Translations under genes and position numbers: made by a program
Origin: Chloroflexota bacterium
GTDB taxonomy: Bacteria > Chloroflexota > UBA11872
Length of the DNA stretch: 64,000 bases
NCBI GenBank assembly: GCA_026706485.1
Contig: JAPOYR010000002.1
Coordinates: 321,251-385,250, forward strand
Reading direction: 5' to 3'
Shown here: piece by piece, positions 53,854 through 62,741 of the stretch
Position numbering within the stretch: the stretch's first letter is position 1
How the letters are laid out: each line of letters begins with the position of its first letter
Notes under the pieces: generated by a model
What the model saw: only the letters and a program-made list of their open reading frames with translations
Database searches by the model: none
What the model was told of the DNA's origin: nothing

Positions 53854-54708
53854 ATGGCGCACGAGGCAGATTCGAGTGAGGCGCCGCTAACCGCCAGCGG
53901 TTTCCGAGCCCGCAAGGGCGGGGCTCCGCTTGTGTGCGTCACGGCGTACGACGCCCCATTTGCCCGCCTCGCCGAAGCGGCAGGGGTCGACGGGATTCTC
54001 GTCGGCGACAGCCTGGGACCCAACGTGCTGGGGCACGCGCGCGAGTTGCACGTGACCGTCGATGACATCGTGCACCACACCGCCGCGGTCACCCGCGCCG
54101 TCTCCGCCACCCTGGTCATCGGCGACCTGCCGTTCATGTCCTACGCCACGCTCGACGACGCCCTGCACAACGCCGCGCGGCTGGTGCGCGACGGCGGCGC
54201 GACGGCGGTGAAGCTGGAAGGCGGAACCGAAGTCGCCGGCATCACCGAAGGGCTGACGGCCCGCGGCATCCCGGTCATGGCGCACGTGGGCCTCACGCCG
54301 CAGTCCGTGCTCGCGACCGGCGGCTATCTGGCGCAGGGCGTCAACCTGGCGGGAGCGCAGCGCGTGGTGGACGGCGCGCGTGCCCAGGAGGCTGCGGGCG
54401 CGTTTGCGGTAGTCCTGGAAGCCATTCCGGCGCGTCTGGCCGCCGTCGTGACGGAACAACTGTCGATTCCGACGATCGGCATCGGCGCCGGCCCGAACTG
54501 CGACGGCCAGATTCAGGTGCTGCACGATCTGCTGGGGCTGACCAGCCGAACGCTCCCGCGCCACGCGCGGCGCTATGCCGACCTGGCCGGCGCCGCCCGC
54601 GAGGCGTTGACGCAGTACCGCGACGAGGTCACGCAGGGCGCGTTCCCGACCGCCGAGCATGGATTCAAGATCCGCCGCGGGGTGATCGACCGCCTGGAGC
54701 TTGACTAG
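53854..54708 (+). CDS. panB: 3-methyl-2-oxobutanoate hydroxymethyltransferase
   Basis: …LVCVTAYDAPFARLAEAAGVDGILVGDSLG… KPHMTase core. Confidence 0.9.
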   Translation: MAHEADSSEAPLTASGFRARKGGAPLVCVTAYDAPFARLAEAAGVDGILVGDSLGPNVLGHARELHVTVDDIVHHTAAVTRAVSATLVIGDLPFMSYATLDDALHNAARLVRDGGATAVKLEGGTEVAGITEGLTARGIPVMAHVGLTPQSVLATGGYLAQGVNLAGAQRVVDGARAQEAAGAFAVVLEAIPARLAAVVTEQLSIPTIGIGAGPNCDGQIQVLHDLLGLTSRTLPRHARRYADLAGAAREALTQYRDEVTQGAFPTAEHGFKIRRGVIDRLELD

Positions 54709-54714
54709 GCCGTC

Positions 54715-56361
54715 TCAGCCCGCCAGCAGAATCCCGGCGTCGCGAGCAATCCTGCGGCGCAGCCCGCGCACCCAGGGACCATAGGACGCCGCGTCAGCCA
54801 CGACCGCGTTCGAGGTGACGATCATCACCGCCGCGCTGGCCGCATAGCGCAAGGCCGCGCGCACCACGGCGACCGGGTCCACGATGCCGGCCGCCAGCGG
54901 GTCGACGTATTCGCCGGTCGTGACGTCGAACGCGCGCGGCGGATCGGCCGCCGCGACGGCATCGGCCACGACGGCGCCCTCGAAACCGGCGTTGCGGGCG
55001 ATCGTCGCCACCGGAGCCGCCAGCGCGCGCCGCACCACGCGCCAGCCGTAGGCCTCGTCCGCGTGCGCGTCGGGCGGCGCGGTGAGGTCCCGCGCGGCGC
55101 GGGCCAGCGCGGCCCCGCCGCCGGCCACGATGCCCTCCTCCAGGGCCGCGCGGGTTGCGGCCACGGCGTCCTCGACGCGCTGCCGCGCTTCCTGGCGCTC
55201 GGCATCCGTCGCCGCGGCGACGTGAATCTCCGAAACCGCTCCGGAAAGATTCCGGATGCGCTCTTCCAGCTTCTCGCGGTCGAACTGATTCTTCGCGCGG
55301 TCACGGTAGAGCCACAGCAGCTCCGCGCGATCGGCGACGGCCTGCGGCTCGCCCGCGCCACCCATGACCAACGTCTCGGTGGTGTCGCTGCGCACCCGCG
55401 CGGCGTGTCCCAGGACGCTCACGGGCACCGATCCCCATGGGTCACCCGACTCGTGCGCCACCAGCGTGGCCCCGGTGAAGATCGCCAGGTCTTCGAGCAT
55501 GGCGCGCTGGCGTTCGCCGAAAACCGGCGCGCGCACCGCGATCACGGACATTCGGCCGAGACGGTGGTTCTCGACAAGGGTGGCGAGGGTCTCACCGCCG
55601 ACGGTCCTCGCCACGACGAGCAAGCGCTGTCCGCCGCCGGCCACATAGGCCTCCAGGAATGGGAGCATCGGCCCCACGCCCCCGAGCTCGCGGTCGGTCA
55701 CGAGCACGTCGCAGTCTTCGAGCTCCGCGCGCATGCCGGCGCCCGCCGTGGCCAGTTGGCGCGAGGCCAGCCCGCGCTCCAACCGCATTCCCTCGACGGT
55801 GCGCGCCTCGGTGTTGAGTCCCTGGCCGAGCTCGACGGTCACCGCCGCGCCCAGCCCATAGCGGTCGAAGATTCCGGCGATGATCTCCCCCAGGTCGGCA
55901 TCGTGCGCCGCCAGCCCGGCCACCCAGGCCGTCTCGCGCCTGGTGGTAATCGGCCTGGCCTGCTCGCGCACGGCCTGGTCGACTTGCAGGACGGCGGCCG
56001 CCAGCCCCCGTCGCAGGCGCATCGGGTCCGCGCCCGCGGCCACCAGCCGCTGCGCTTCATGGGTCAGGGCCTGCGTCAGCACGGCGGCAGTGGTCGTGCC
56101 GTCGCCGGCGGCGGTGTTGGTGAGCCGGCAGGCCTCCGTGACGATGGCGGCGCCGGTCTGCAGAAATCCGTTGCGGAGCTGGATGTCCCGCGCGACTGAT
56201 ACCCCGTCATGCGTGATCTTCGGGGGGCCGATCTCTCCCCGGTAGGCCACGTTGCGTCCTCGCGGGCCCATGGTGCACTTGACGGTATTGGCGACGATGT
56301 CGACCCCGGCCGTGAGCGCCAGCCGCGCCTCGAGGTCGTGCAGGATCGCGACGTCGCTCAC
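54715..56361 (-). CDS. Divergent GroEL/Cpn60-family chaperonin paralogue (no GGM tail, no adjacent GroES)
   Basis: AGDGTTTAAVL; AVRAPVFGERQRAMLEDLAIFTGATLV (compare [24 protein letters not shown]); IVAGGGAALA. GTG start overlaps the trmD stop (GTGA). Confidence 0.75.
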   Translation of the reverse strand: MSDVAILHDLEARLALTAGVDIVANTVKCTMGPRGRNVAYRGEIGPPKITHDGVSVARDIQLRNGFLQTGAAIVTEACRLTNTAAGDGTTTAAVLTQALTHEAQRLVAAGADPMRLRRGLAAAVLQVDQAVREQARPITTRRETAWVAGLAAHDADLGEIIAGIFDRYGLGAAVTVELGQGLNTEARTVEGMRLERGLASRQLATAGAGMRAELEDCDVLVTDRELGGVGPMLPFLEAYVAGGGQRLLVVARTVGGETLATLVENHRLGRMSVIAVRAPVFGERQRAMLEDLAIFTGATLVAHESGDPWGSVPVSVLGHAARVRSDTTETLVMGGAGEPQAVADRAELLWLYRDRAKNQFDREKLEERIRNLSGAVSEIHVAAATDAERQEARQRVEDAVAATRAALEEGIVAGGGAALARAARDLTAPPDAHADEAYGWRVVRRALAAPVATIARNAGFEGAVVADAVAAADPPRAFDVTTGEYVDPLAAGIVDPVAVVRAALRYAASAAVMIVTSNAVVADAASYGPWVRGLRRRIARDAGILLAG

Positions 56362-57110
56362 GGGTGCGCCTCATTGGCATCGTCGGACCGGTCCAATTCG
56401 AAGTCGGCCAGCTGGCGTCGCTGCGCGTCGGTGAGGTCGCATTCGGACAGCAAATCGGGCCGTCGGTCGAGCGTGCGCCGCAGCGCGTGCGCCCGCCGCC
56501 AATCCGCCACGCGCCCGTGGTCGCCGCTGAGCAGCGTGGCCGGCACGCGCCGACCGCGAAACTCCTCCGGGCGGGTGTACTGCGGGTGCTCCAGCAAGCC
56601 CGCGGCATGGGACTCATCCCGCACCGAGTCTTCGCATCCGACGACGCCCGGAATCAGCCGCGAGGTTGCCTCGATGAGCACCAGCGCGGGCACCTCGCCG
56701 CCGGCGACGACGTAGTCGCCGATGCTGACTTCTTCATCGATGACCAGGTCGCGCACCCGGTCGTCGACGCCCTCGTAGCGCCCGCAGACGAGGATCAGGT
56801 GTCCCCGCTCGGCCAGGCGCCGCACGGCCGGCTGGGTGAGGGGCGGAGCCTGCGGCGAGAGCAGCACCGTCCACGAGTCCGCGGTGCGCAGCTCTTCGAC
56901 CGCGCGCACGATCGGCTCCGGCTTCATGAGCATGCCCGGCCCGCCGCCGTAGGCGTAGTCGTCAACCTGTCGATGGGGCGGCTCCGCCCACCGTCGCAAG
57001 TCGTGGACGCGGACGTCGATCAGCCCGCGTGCGCGCGCCTTGCCCAGCAGGCTTGCCTGCAGCACAGGTTCCAGCATGCCGGGAAAGATGGTGACGACAT
57101 CGAAGCGCAC
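56358..57110 (-). CDS. trmD: tRNA (guanine37-N1)-methyltransferase
   Basis: MRFDVVTIFPGMLEP…; SPOUT knot motifs. Confidence 0.9.
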   Translation of the reverse strand: MRFDVVTIFPGMLEPVLQASLLGKARARGLIDVRVHDLRRWAEPPHRQVDDYAYGGGPGMLMKPEPIVRAVEELRTADSWTVLLSPQAPPLTQPAVRRLAERGHLILVCGRYEGVDDRVRDLVIDEEVSIGDYVVAGGEVPALVLIEATSRLIPGVVGCEDSVRDESHAAGLLEHPQYTRPEEFRGRRVPATLLSGDHGRVADWRRAHALRRTLDRRPDLLSECDLTDAQRRQLADFELDRSDDANEAHP

Positions 57111-57220
57111 GGACGCCCTCCGGCTTTCTGACCTAGCAGCGGTCCTTCAAGCGTACGCCGGAAATCGGTGGCGCCGCGACGCGCCTCGGGCGGGCGTCCC
57201 GGCGTCGGCGACGATCGCGC

Positions 57221-57457
57221 CTAGCTGGCTTCCTGGATATCGAGCGCCAGCCGGCGTCCCTGGCTGATGGGCGCCGCCTGCATGACGGCCCGGATCGCGA
57301 TGGCCACCCGGCCCTGCCGCCCGATCACCCGCCCCATGTCCTGCGGATCGACGAACAGCTTGTACACGTGCAGGTGGTGGCGGCGAAAGCGCTCCACGCG
57401 CACCTCGTCGGGCACCGTGGCCAGGTTTCGGCCGATGAATTCGATCAGCTCGTCCAC
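57221..57457 (-). CDS. KH-domain RNA-binding protein (UPF0109/YlqC-like)
   Basis: …VYKLFVDPQDMGRVIGRQGRVAIAIRAV… GXXG loop; sits between rpsP and trmD. Confidence 0.75.
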   Translation of the reverse strand: MDELIEFIGRNLATVPDEVRVERFRRHHLHVYKLFVDPQDMGRVIGRQGRVAIAIRAVMQAAPISQGRRLALDIQEAS

Positions 57458-57466
57458 GGGTCCGGG

Positions 57467-57736
57467 CTACTCGCCGTTGCCGGCCGGCGCGGCGGCCGCG
57501 GCCTCGCGCGCGATCTCCAGCAGCTTGCGCACGCGCTCGGTGGGCTGGGCGCCCTTGCGGATCCACTCCTCGGTGCGCGGGACGTCCAGCACCACGGTGG
57601 ATGGCTCGGTGAGGGGGTCGTAGTGACCAAGCTCGTCGACGCGGCGGCCGTCACGACCCGAGCGGCGTTCGGCCACGACCACCCGATAGTGCGGGCGGTT
57701 TCTCCGACCAAGCCGCGCCAGGCGGATTCGCAACAT
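57467..57736 (-). CDS. rpsP: 30S ribosomal protein S16
   Basis: MLRIRLARLGRRNRPHYRVVVAE…; the start was set at the conserved MLRIRL. Confidence 0.85.
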   Translation of the reverse strand: MLRIRLARLGRRNRPHYRVVVAERRSGRDGRRVDELGHYDPLTEPSTVVLDVPRTEEWIRKGAQPTERVRKLLEIAREAAAAAPAGNGE

Positions 57737-57806
57737 ACGACCGTGCTCCAAACATGAAGGCGAGAAAAATCGAGCAGCCGCAAGGCTGCCCTGGGCCGCC
57801 ATTATG

Positions 57807-59708
57807 CTACATGGCGGCTACGACTGGGCGGACGACCCCCCACTGTCGGCCGGCGCCTCGCCGTCGTCGGGGGGCCTCGCCGCCGGGGGGCACGTATTCG
57901 GGAATCTGGCTCGTGTCCAGCGAACCGTCCTCGTTCGGCCCGACCTCCCACCGCTCGGGCCAGGCTAGGAAAAGCGACGCGAACTGGTCCTTGAACAGCA
58001 CCTGGTCGCCGAGCGCCACGTGGCGGTAGATGACGGTTTTCATGCCCTCGCGGGCTGAGTCCGTTTGCTTGACCTCGCCTGGTTCAAGCTCGGGGTTCGC
58101 CACGACCACCGGCGGCGGCGGCTCGGCAATTTCCCCGCGCGACGAATCGAGCGTGACCTTGCGCCCGATGGGCGCGCCGAAGATCTTGAATCGCAGGATC
58201 AGCCGCACCGGGTCGAACTCGCGTCGAATCAAGAGGTAGTGGGGGGTGTCGTTCGTCGCCCGAAGGTCCTGCCGTGGCTGCCAGATCGCCGCATCGAATC
58301 CGGGCGGACTGTCTTCGCCCAATTCGTAGTACCCAACGCGATAGACGTGCTGCCAACGCTCATCGATCGGCAGCCCGGCCCAAAACAGCGCCCGGAAGAG
58401 CGTGGTGGAAACCTGGCAGATGCCGCCACCCACGCCAGGCTCGGTGCGCGTGGGCGCGATGACCAGGCCCTCCACGAAGCCGTTGGCAACCGTGATCGGC
58501 CCCACCGTCTCGTTCAGGGAGAAGGACTGACCGGGCGCGATGATTGCGCCGTCGATGAGCCGAGATCCGTGGTCGATGTTGTGGATCCGGTTGTCTTCGG
58601 AGCCCCAGAAGATCGACTCGCCGACGGCGATGACGTTGTCGAACTGCAGCGCCTTGGCCGTCAGCCGACTGATGTCGGGCTTGACGATGACGATCGGCGC
58701 CTGCACCGCCGACTCGCCGCTGGCGAATGCGGTCTGCACGCGCGTCCAGAGTTTCTCGACGTCGACCTGCCGGCCCGCGCGGCCCTCGTCGAGCGGGACG
58801 ACTTCACCCGACGCGCTCATCTGAATGCGCGGGTCGGCCGGAGCGACTCGGAGACGATCCGCAACTTGCCGCGCGAGGCGCTCGAAGGACGCATAGTCCA
58901 GCGAAATCTTGATCTCCGGATCGGCGGCGGGGCCGTCGATCGCGACATCGGCAACCAGCGAGTCCCGCGCGACCTTCCAGCTCGCCCACGGCGTGTTGAT
59001 CCCGATGTTCCCGTCGAGCAAGCCGGCGGCATCGGCGGCGATTGGTTCGAGCTGATCTTCAACCACGGCGGGCGCGATGGCCTCGGGCGCCAGGTCGACG
59101 ACCAATCGCGTCGGCGGCCGCAAATTGGCGGCCACGCTTTCCGCATAGCCCGCGGGCGCGAGCTGTCGGCCCTCGCGCGACGGGTCGACGACCAGGCGGC
59201 GCCGGCCCGCCTGCTCCTCGATCCGCAGCACGCTGTCCACCGGGTCGAGGTGCACCGAGACGGCGATACGCTCCAAATACGCCTCAAACACCGTCGGGTC
59301 GAAGTTGACCACCGTGTGCCCCTCGAAACCCTCCGGTCCGGTGGCCGCACGGCCGAGGACCTGATCGGTCAGCGCCGCCTCGCGACGCCAGGCGTAGGCT
59401 TCACGAATAGGCGTCATGAAGTCCACCGAGATGCCGATTTCATGGGCGGCGGGCGTCCAGGTCCGCCCGCCAAGGCGCAGGACGATGGGACTCTCGATGT
59501 AGGGCGCCCACCGGGCCCGCGCGCGCGCCACGGCCTCGTCGAAGGTGAGGCCGGCCAGATCCTCCCCGTCAACGACCGCGCCGGGGCGAAACTGGCCGGC
59601 GAGCGTTGCTTCCCGCACGGCCACGAACGCGGTCCAGCCTGAGGCGGCAGCAGCGGCGGCGCCAATGCCACCGGCAGCGGTGGTGATGAGCATCTGGCGA
59701 CGGGTCAT
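57807..59708 (-). CDS. VanW-family protein with Tat-like signal and N-terminal peptidoglycan-binding-like region
   Basis: MTRRQMLITTAAGGIGAAAAAASG; VanW core GGGICQVSTTLFRALFWAGLP. Confidence 0.7.
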   Translation of the reverse strand: MTRRQMLITTAAGGIGAAAAAASGWTAFVAVREATLAGQFRPGAVVDGEDLAGLTFDEAVARARARWAPYIESPIVLRLGGRTWTPAAHEIGISVDFMTPIREAYAWRREAALTDQVLGRAATGPEGFEGHTVVNFDPTVFEAYLERIAVSVHLDPVDSVLRIEEQAGRRRLVVDPSREGRQLAPAGYAESVAANLRPPTRLVVDLAPEAIAPAVVEDQLEPIAADAAGLLDGNIGINTPWASWKVARDSLVADVAIDGPAADPEIKISLDYASFERLARQVADRLRVAPADPRIQMSASGEVVPLDEGRAGRQVDVEKLWTRVQTAFASGESAVQAPIVIVKPDISRLTAKALQFDNVIAVGESIFWGSEDNRIHNIDHGSRLIDGAIIAPGQSFSLNETVGPITVANGFVEGLVIAPTRTEPGVGGGICQVSTTLFRALFWAGLPIDERWQHVYRVGYYELGEDSPPGFDAAIWQPRQDLRATNDTPHYLLIRREFDPVRLILRFKIFGAPIGRKVTLDSSRGEIAEPPPPVVVANPELEPGEVKQTDSAREGMKTVIYRHVALGDQVLFKDQFASLFLAWPERWEVGPNEDGSLDTSQIPEYVPPGGEAPRRRRGAGRQWGVVRPVVAAM

Positions 59709-59929
59709 GGAGCAGGTGGGCTCACAGCGCCATGGATGAATTCAGTATAGGAACGATGTCGCCGTTTAAGGTGTTATTTGTAACTTGAACGGTGGCCCGC
59801 GCTGCGCGCAGCGTGGGATCCGCCGCGGATGAGTCGCCCCGGCACATCGTTTTCTCCGCCCAGGGTCCGGCCCCCTCTCCGTGGAGAATTCCTCTGCAGA
59901 ATCCAGCCGGACTTGGGGATGACCGAGCG

Positions 59930-60060
59930 CATCCTGTCCGCCCCCAGATTCAATGAAGGGTGGATTCCCGCCTTCGCGGGAATGACGAGCTGCTCCGGCT
60001 CCCTCTCCCACGGGGAGAGGGTTGGGGTGAGGGGTCCCGCCGCGCCCCCTTTCAACGCCT
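59930..60060. repeat. Palindromic repeat units (families A and D) upstream of rplS
   Basis: ggtggattcccgccttcgcgggaatgacg; ctccctctcccacggggagagggttggggtgagggg (inverted repeat). Confidence 0.7.
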
Positions 60061-60167
60061 CAACGCCCGCCTTGTGGTAACGTGGCGTCCCGCGCCCAGC
60101 ATGGGCGCAGCGGTTTCCTGTGCCATCTCCCTGGTGGGCAGATGGCGTCCCGGCAAGCAGCAATCGC

Positions 60168-60515
60168 ATGGCAAGCCTCATCGACGAGTTCGAACGCGCC
60201 CAACTGCGGGACGAGATTCCCGAATTCCAGGTCGGGGATACGGTCCGCGTCCACGTGACGGTGCGCGAAGGCGACAACGAGCGCGTGCAGGTCTTCGAGG
60301 GCACGGTGATTCGCCGCCGCGGCGGCGGGGTGAATGAAAACTTCACCGTGCGGCGCGTGACCCACGGCCTCGGCGTCGAGCGCACGTTCCTGCTGCACTC
60401 GCCGATCGTGCGCGACATCGAAGTGACGCGCCGCGGCAAGGTGCGACGCGCCAAGCTGTACTATCTGCGCGACCGCGTCGGTCGGGCCGCTCGGGTCAAG
60501 GAGCGGCGCGCCTAG
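60168..60515 (+). CDS. rplS: 50S ribosomal protein L19
   Basis: [30 protein letters not shown]…; the start was set at the conserved Met. Confidence 0.9.
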   Translation: MASLIDEFERAQLRDEIPEFQVGDTVRVHVTVREGDNERVQVFEGTVIRRRGGGVNENFTVRRVTHGLGVERTFLLHSPIVRDIEVTRRGKVRRAKLYYLRDRVGRAARVKERRA

Positions 60516-60533
60516 CAACGTCCGAGGGGGTGA

Positions 60534-61205
60534 GTGGTTCCCGCCTCCTCCCAGCCTCGGATTCGCGACCTCCCCCACGAGCGTGCGCTGTTGCAGCGCG
60601 GCGTCCGGCGCATCGCCGGGGTCGACGAGGCCGGCCGCGGAGCCTGGGCGGGGCCCGTGACGGCAGCCGCGGTGATCCTTCCGCCAGCCGCCTATCAGGA
60701 CCGCCGATTGCTCTGGGGCCTGACCGACTCCAAGCAACTCAGCGCCGCCGATCGCCGCCGCTGGAGCGCCCGCGTGCGCACCACCGCCATCGCCGCCCGC
60801 GTGGCCTATGTCTCACCGCGTTTGATCGACCGCATTGGCATCGCCGCGGCCTCGCGACTTGCCATGCTGCGGGCACTGGACGCGCTGCCGGTGGCGCCCG
60901 ACCACGTGATCGTGGACGCCTTTCCTCTTCCGGCCGATTGCCGCTACGCCAACGCGCAAGACGCCATCGTGCGCGCCGACGCCACCTGCCTGTCCGTCGC
61001 CGCCGCCTCGGTGTGCGCCAAGGTCGCCCGCGACGAGTTGATGCGGCGCCTCTGCATCCAACATCCGGCCTACGGCTTCGGTCGTCACAAGGGCTACGGC
61101 ACGGCGGCGCACCGCGAGGCGCTGGCCGCCGAGGGGCCGTCGCCGCTGCACCGCGCCAGCTTCCGCCCGGTGGCCGAGTGCCGGCGCGTCGCCCCGGCCG
61201 CATAG
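60534..61205 (+). CDS. rnhB: Ribonuclease HII
   Basis: IAGVDEAGRGAWAGPV catalytic DEDD region. Confidence 0.85.
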   Translation: MVPASSQPRIRDLPHERALLQRGVRRIAGVDEAGRGAWAGPVTAAAVILPPAAYQDRRLLWGLTDSKQLSAADRRRWSARVRTTAIAARVAYVSPRLIDRIGIAAASRLAMLRALDALPVAPDHVIVDAFPLPADCRYANAQDAIVRADATCLSVAAASVCAKVARDELMRRLCIQHPAYGFGRHKGYGTAAHREALAAEGPSPLHRASFRPVAECRRVAPAA

Positions 61206-61221
61206 CCAACGACGCGCACCC

Positions 61222-61644
61222 GTGATCGCTTGGGCCGCTCGGCTGTTCGCCAGGCTGCGTCGCGCCTTTCCGACCCGCCGGGCGCCCATCGAGGATCGGG
61301 CCGCACTGGGCCGGTGGGGCGAAGACCTGGCCGCGCGCGAGCTACGGCGACGCGGGTATGACGTGCTCGAGCGCAACCAGCGCGTCGGCCGCGGCGAAGT
61401 GGACCTGGTGGCGCGCCAGGGCGAAACCGTGGTCCTCGTCGAGGTCAAGACACGCCGCACGGGCGCCTTCGGCGAGGCGCGGCATGCCATCTCCACCGCC
61501 AAAGCCCGCCGGCTCGTGGCCCTGGGCCGGCGCTACGCCCAGTCCGTCGGCGCGACCGATTGGCGCATCGACGTGGTCGCCATCGACGTCGCGCCCGACG
61601 GCAGCCATTCGGTGGACGTCATCGAAAACGCCATTGCGGGCTAG
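61222..61644 (+). CDS. yraN: YraN-family (UPF0102) endonuclease
   Basis: …RRGYDVLERNQRVGRGEVDLVARQGETVVLVEVKTRR…. Confidence 0.8.
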   Translation: MIAWAARLFARLRRAFPTRRAPIEDRAALGRWGEDLAARELRRRGYDVLERNQRVGRGEVDLVARQGETVVLVEVKTRRTGAFGEARHAISTAKARRLVALGRRYAQSVGATDWRIDVVAIDVAPDGSHSVDVIENAIAG

Positions 61645-61782
61645 CGCCCGCCCACGGGCCGTGCCAACAACGGCAACCGAGGTGTCGCGGACCGCCCCAC
61701 CGATGAATGCGCGCGCGACTAGTCGGCCGAGGCGAGGACCAGGTTTGCCGAATTCAGAGACCCTCCGGCTGACAATGCCAAA

Positions 61783-61822
61783 GCGCCCCGGAGTAGCGGA
61801 AGGTCCGGGGCGCTTCGGCTCA
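61783..61822. terminator. Stem-loop GCGCCCCGG-N13-CCGGGGCGC between convergent yraN and the secreted-protein gene; possible bidirectional terminator
   Basis: 9-bp perfect arms; weak U-tract. Confidence 0.3.
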
Positions 61823-61832
61823 GCCGTCTGAT

Positions 61833-62441
61833 CTACTGCTTGGTGAGCAAGAGCGCCCAACGGCCCTGCGATCCGGCATCGACGCTGACAACGGCTTCCC
61901 CAGGGCTAAGCTCCAGAATCCCGGATCCGACACGCAGAGAGGTGTTGCCGCCGACCCACCTGCTGGTCGCGTCGGCGATCAACTCGCTGCCACCGCCCAC
62001 GGCCTCGACCTTGACGATGAAATTCGCTGCACTGCCGGAGTCATCCTGATTGTCGGCCACTTGGTATATGACGGCCCAGTGTCCTTCAGTGAGCGTGACG
62101 CTGCGGGTCGCGGTTCCCTTGCCGACAAGCGTAATTACGTTGCCGGCGATTGGTAGTTCGCCTGGGGCGGTGACGGTATAGCCCAGCTCGCGGAGCCCAC
62201 GGATGGCGGAGTTGCGCTGGTCAGTGGCCCACGTAACGCAAGGGTCCCAGCCTCGTCGCTCGGCAAACCCGCGGTAAAAGTCGGAGTGGTAGGGGTGCAT
62301 TTGCCCCAGGTAGGTGCCGTTAGGCCAGGCCGGCGAGTCTTGGCAGAAGTCCTCGCCTTCGTAGTTCAGCGCCAGCACCACGCCCGCCGTCAAAACAGCC
62401 ATCAATCCCGCAATAGCCAGCGGCACAACGATTCGTCGCAT
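61833..62441 (-). CDS. Secreted hypothetical protein (202 aa)
   Basis: Signal peptide MRRIVVPLAIAGLMAVLTAGVVLA. GC3 is noticeably lower than in flanking genes (att, gga, ttg, gta, ata, aat codons). Confidence 0.5.
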   Translation of the reverse strand: MRRIVVPLAIAGLMAVLTAGVVLALNYEGEDFCQDSPAWPNGTYLGQMHPYHSDFYRGFAERRGWDPCVTWATDQRNSAIRGLRELGYTVTAPGELPIAGNVITLVGKGTATRSVTLTEGHWAVIYQVADNQDDSGSAANFIVKVEAVGGGSELIADATSRWVGGNTSLRVGSGILELSPGEAVVSVDAGSQGRWALLLTKQ

Positions 62442-62741
62442 CTCCGTCTCCCTACAAGTCAGCGGCCCCCAGGAGACCGCCAAGCGACTTCCCATAGCGC
62501 CAGGGTTCCCCGAAAGGCAGGCCGACCGCAAACGTAGGGCGCGTGCTGCCAGTGCGGAAGCCCACGAACCTGATGCTGAGCGGAGTGTTGGCAGCAACTC
62601 CCGCGACGGCTTGTCAGAGCGCTGAGGCCACCCGGAGCGTGCCAGGCTATCGATTCAGTCCTCCGCGAGAGCCGCCTGCCCAGAGGCAACCCACCGCCGT
62701 TGTACACGCCGCGGTTACGCTCCAGTCGTTACCATCGCGGC

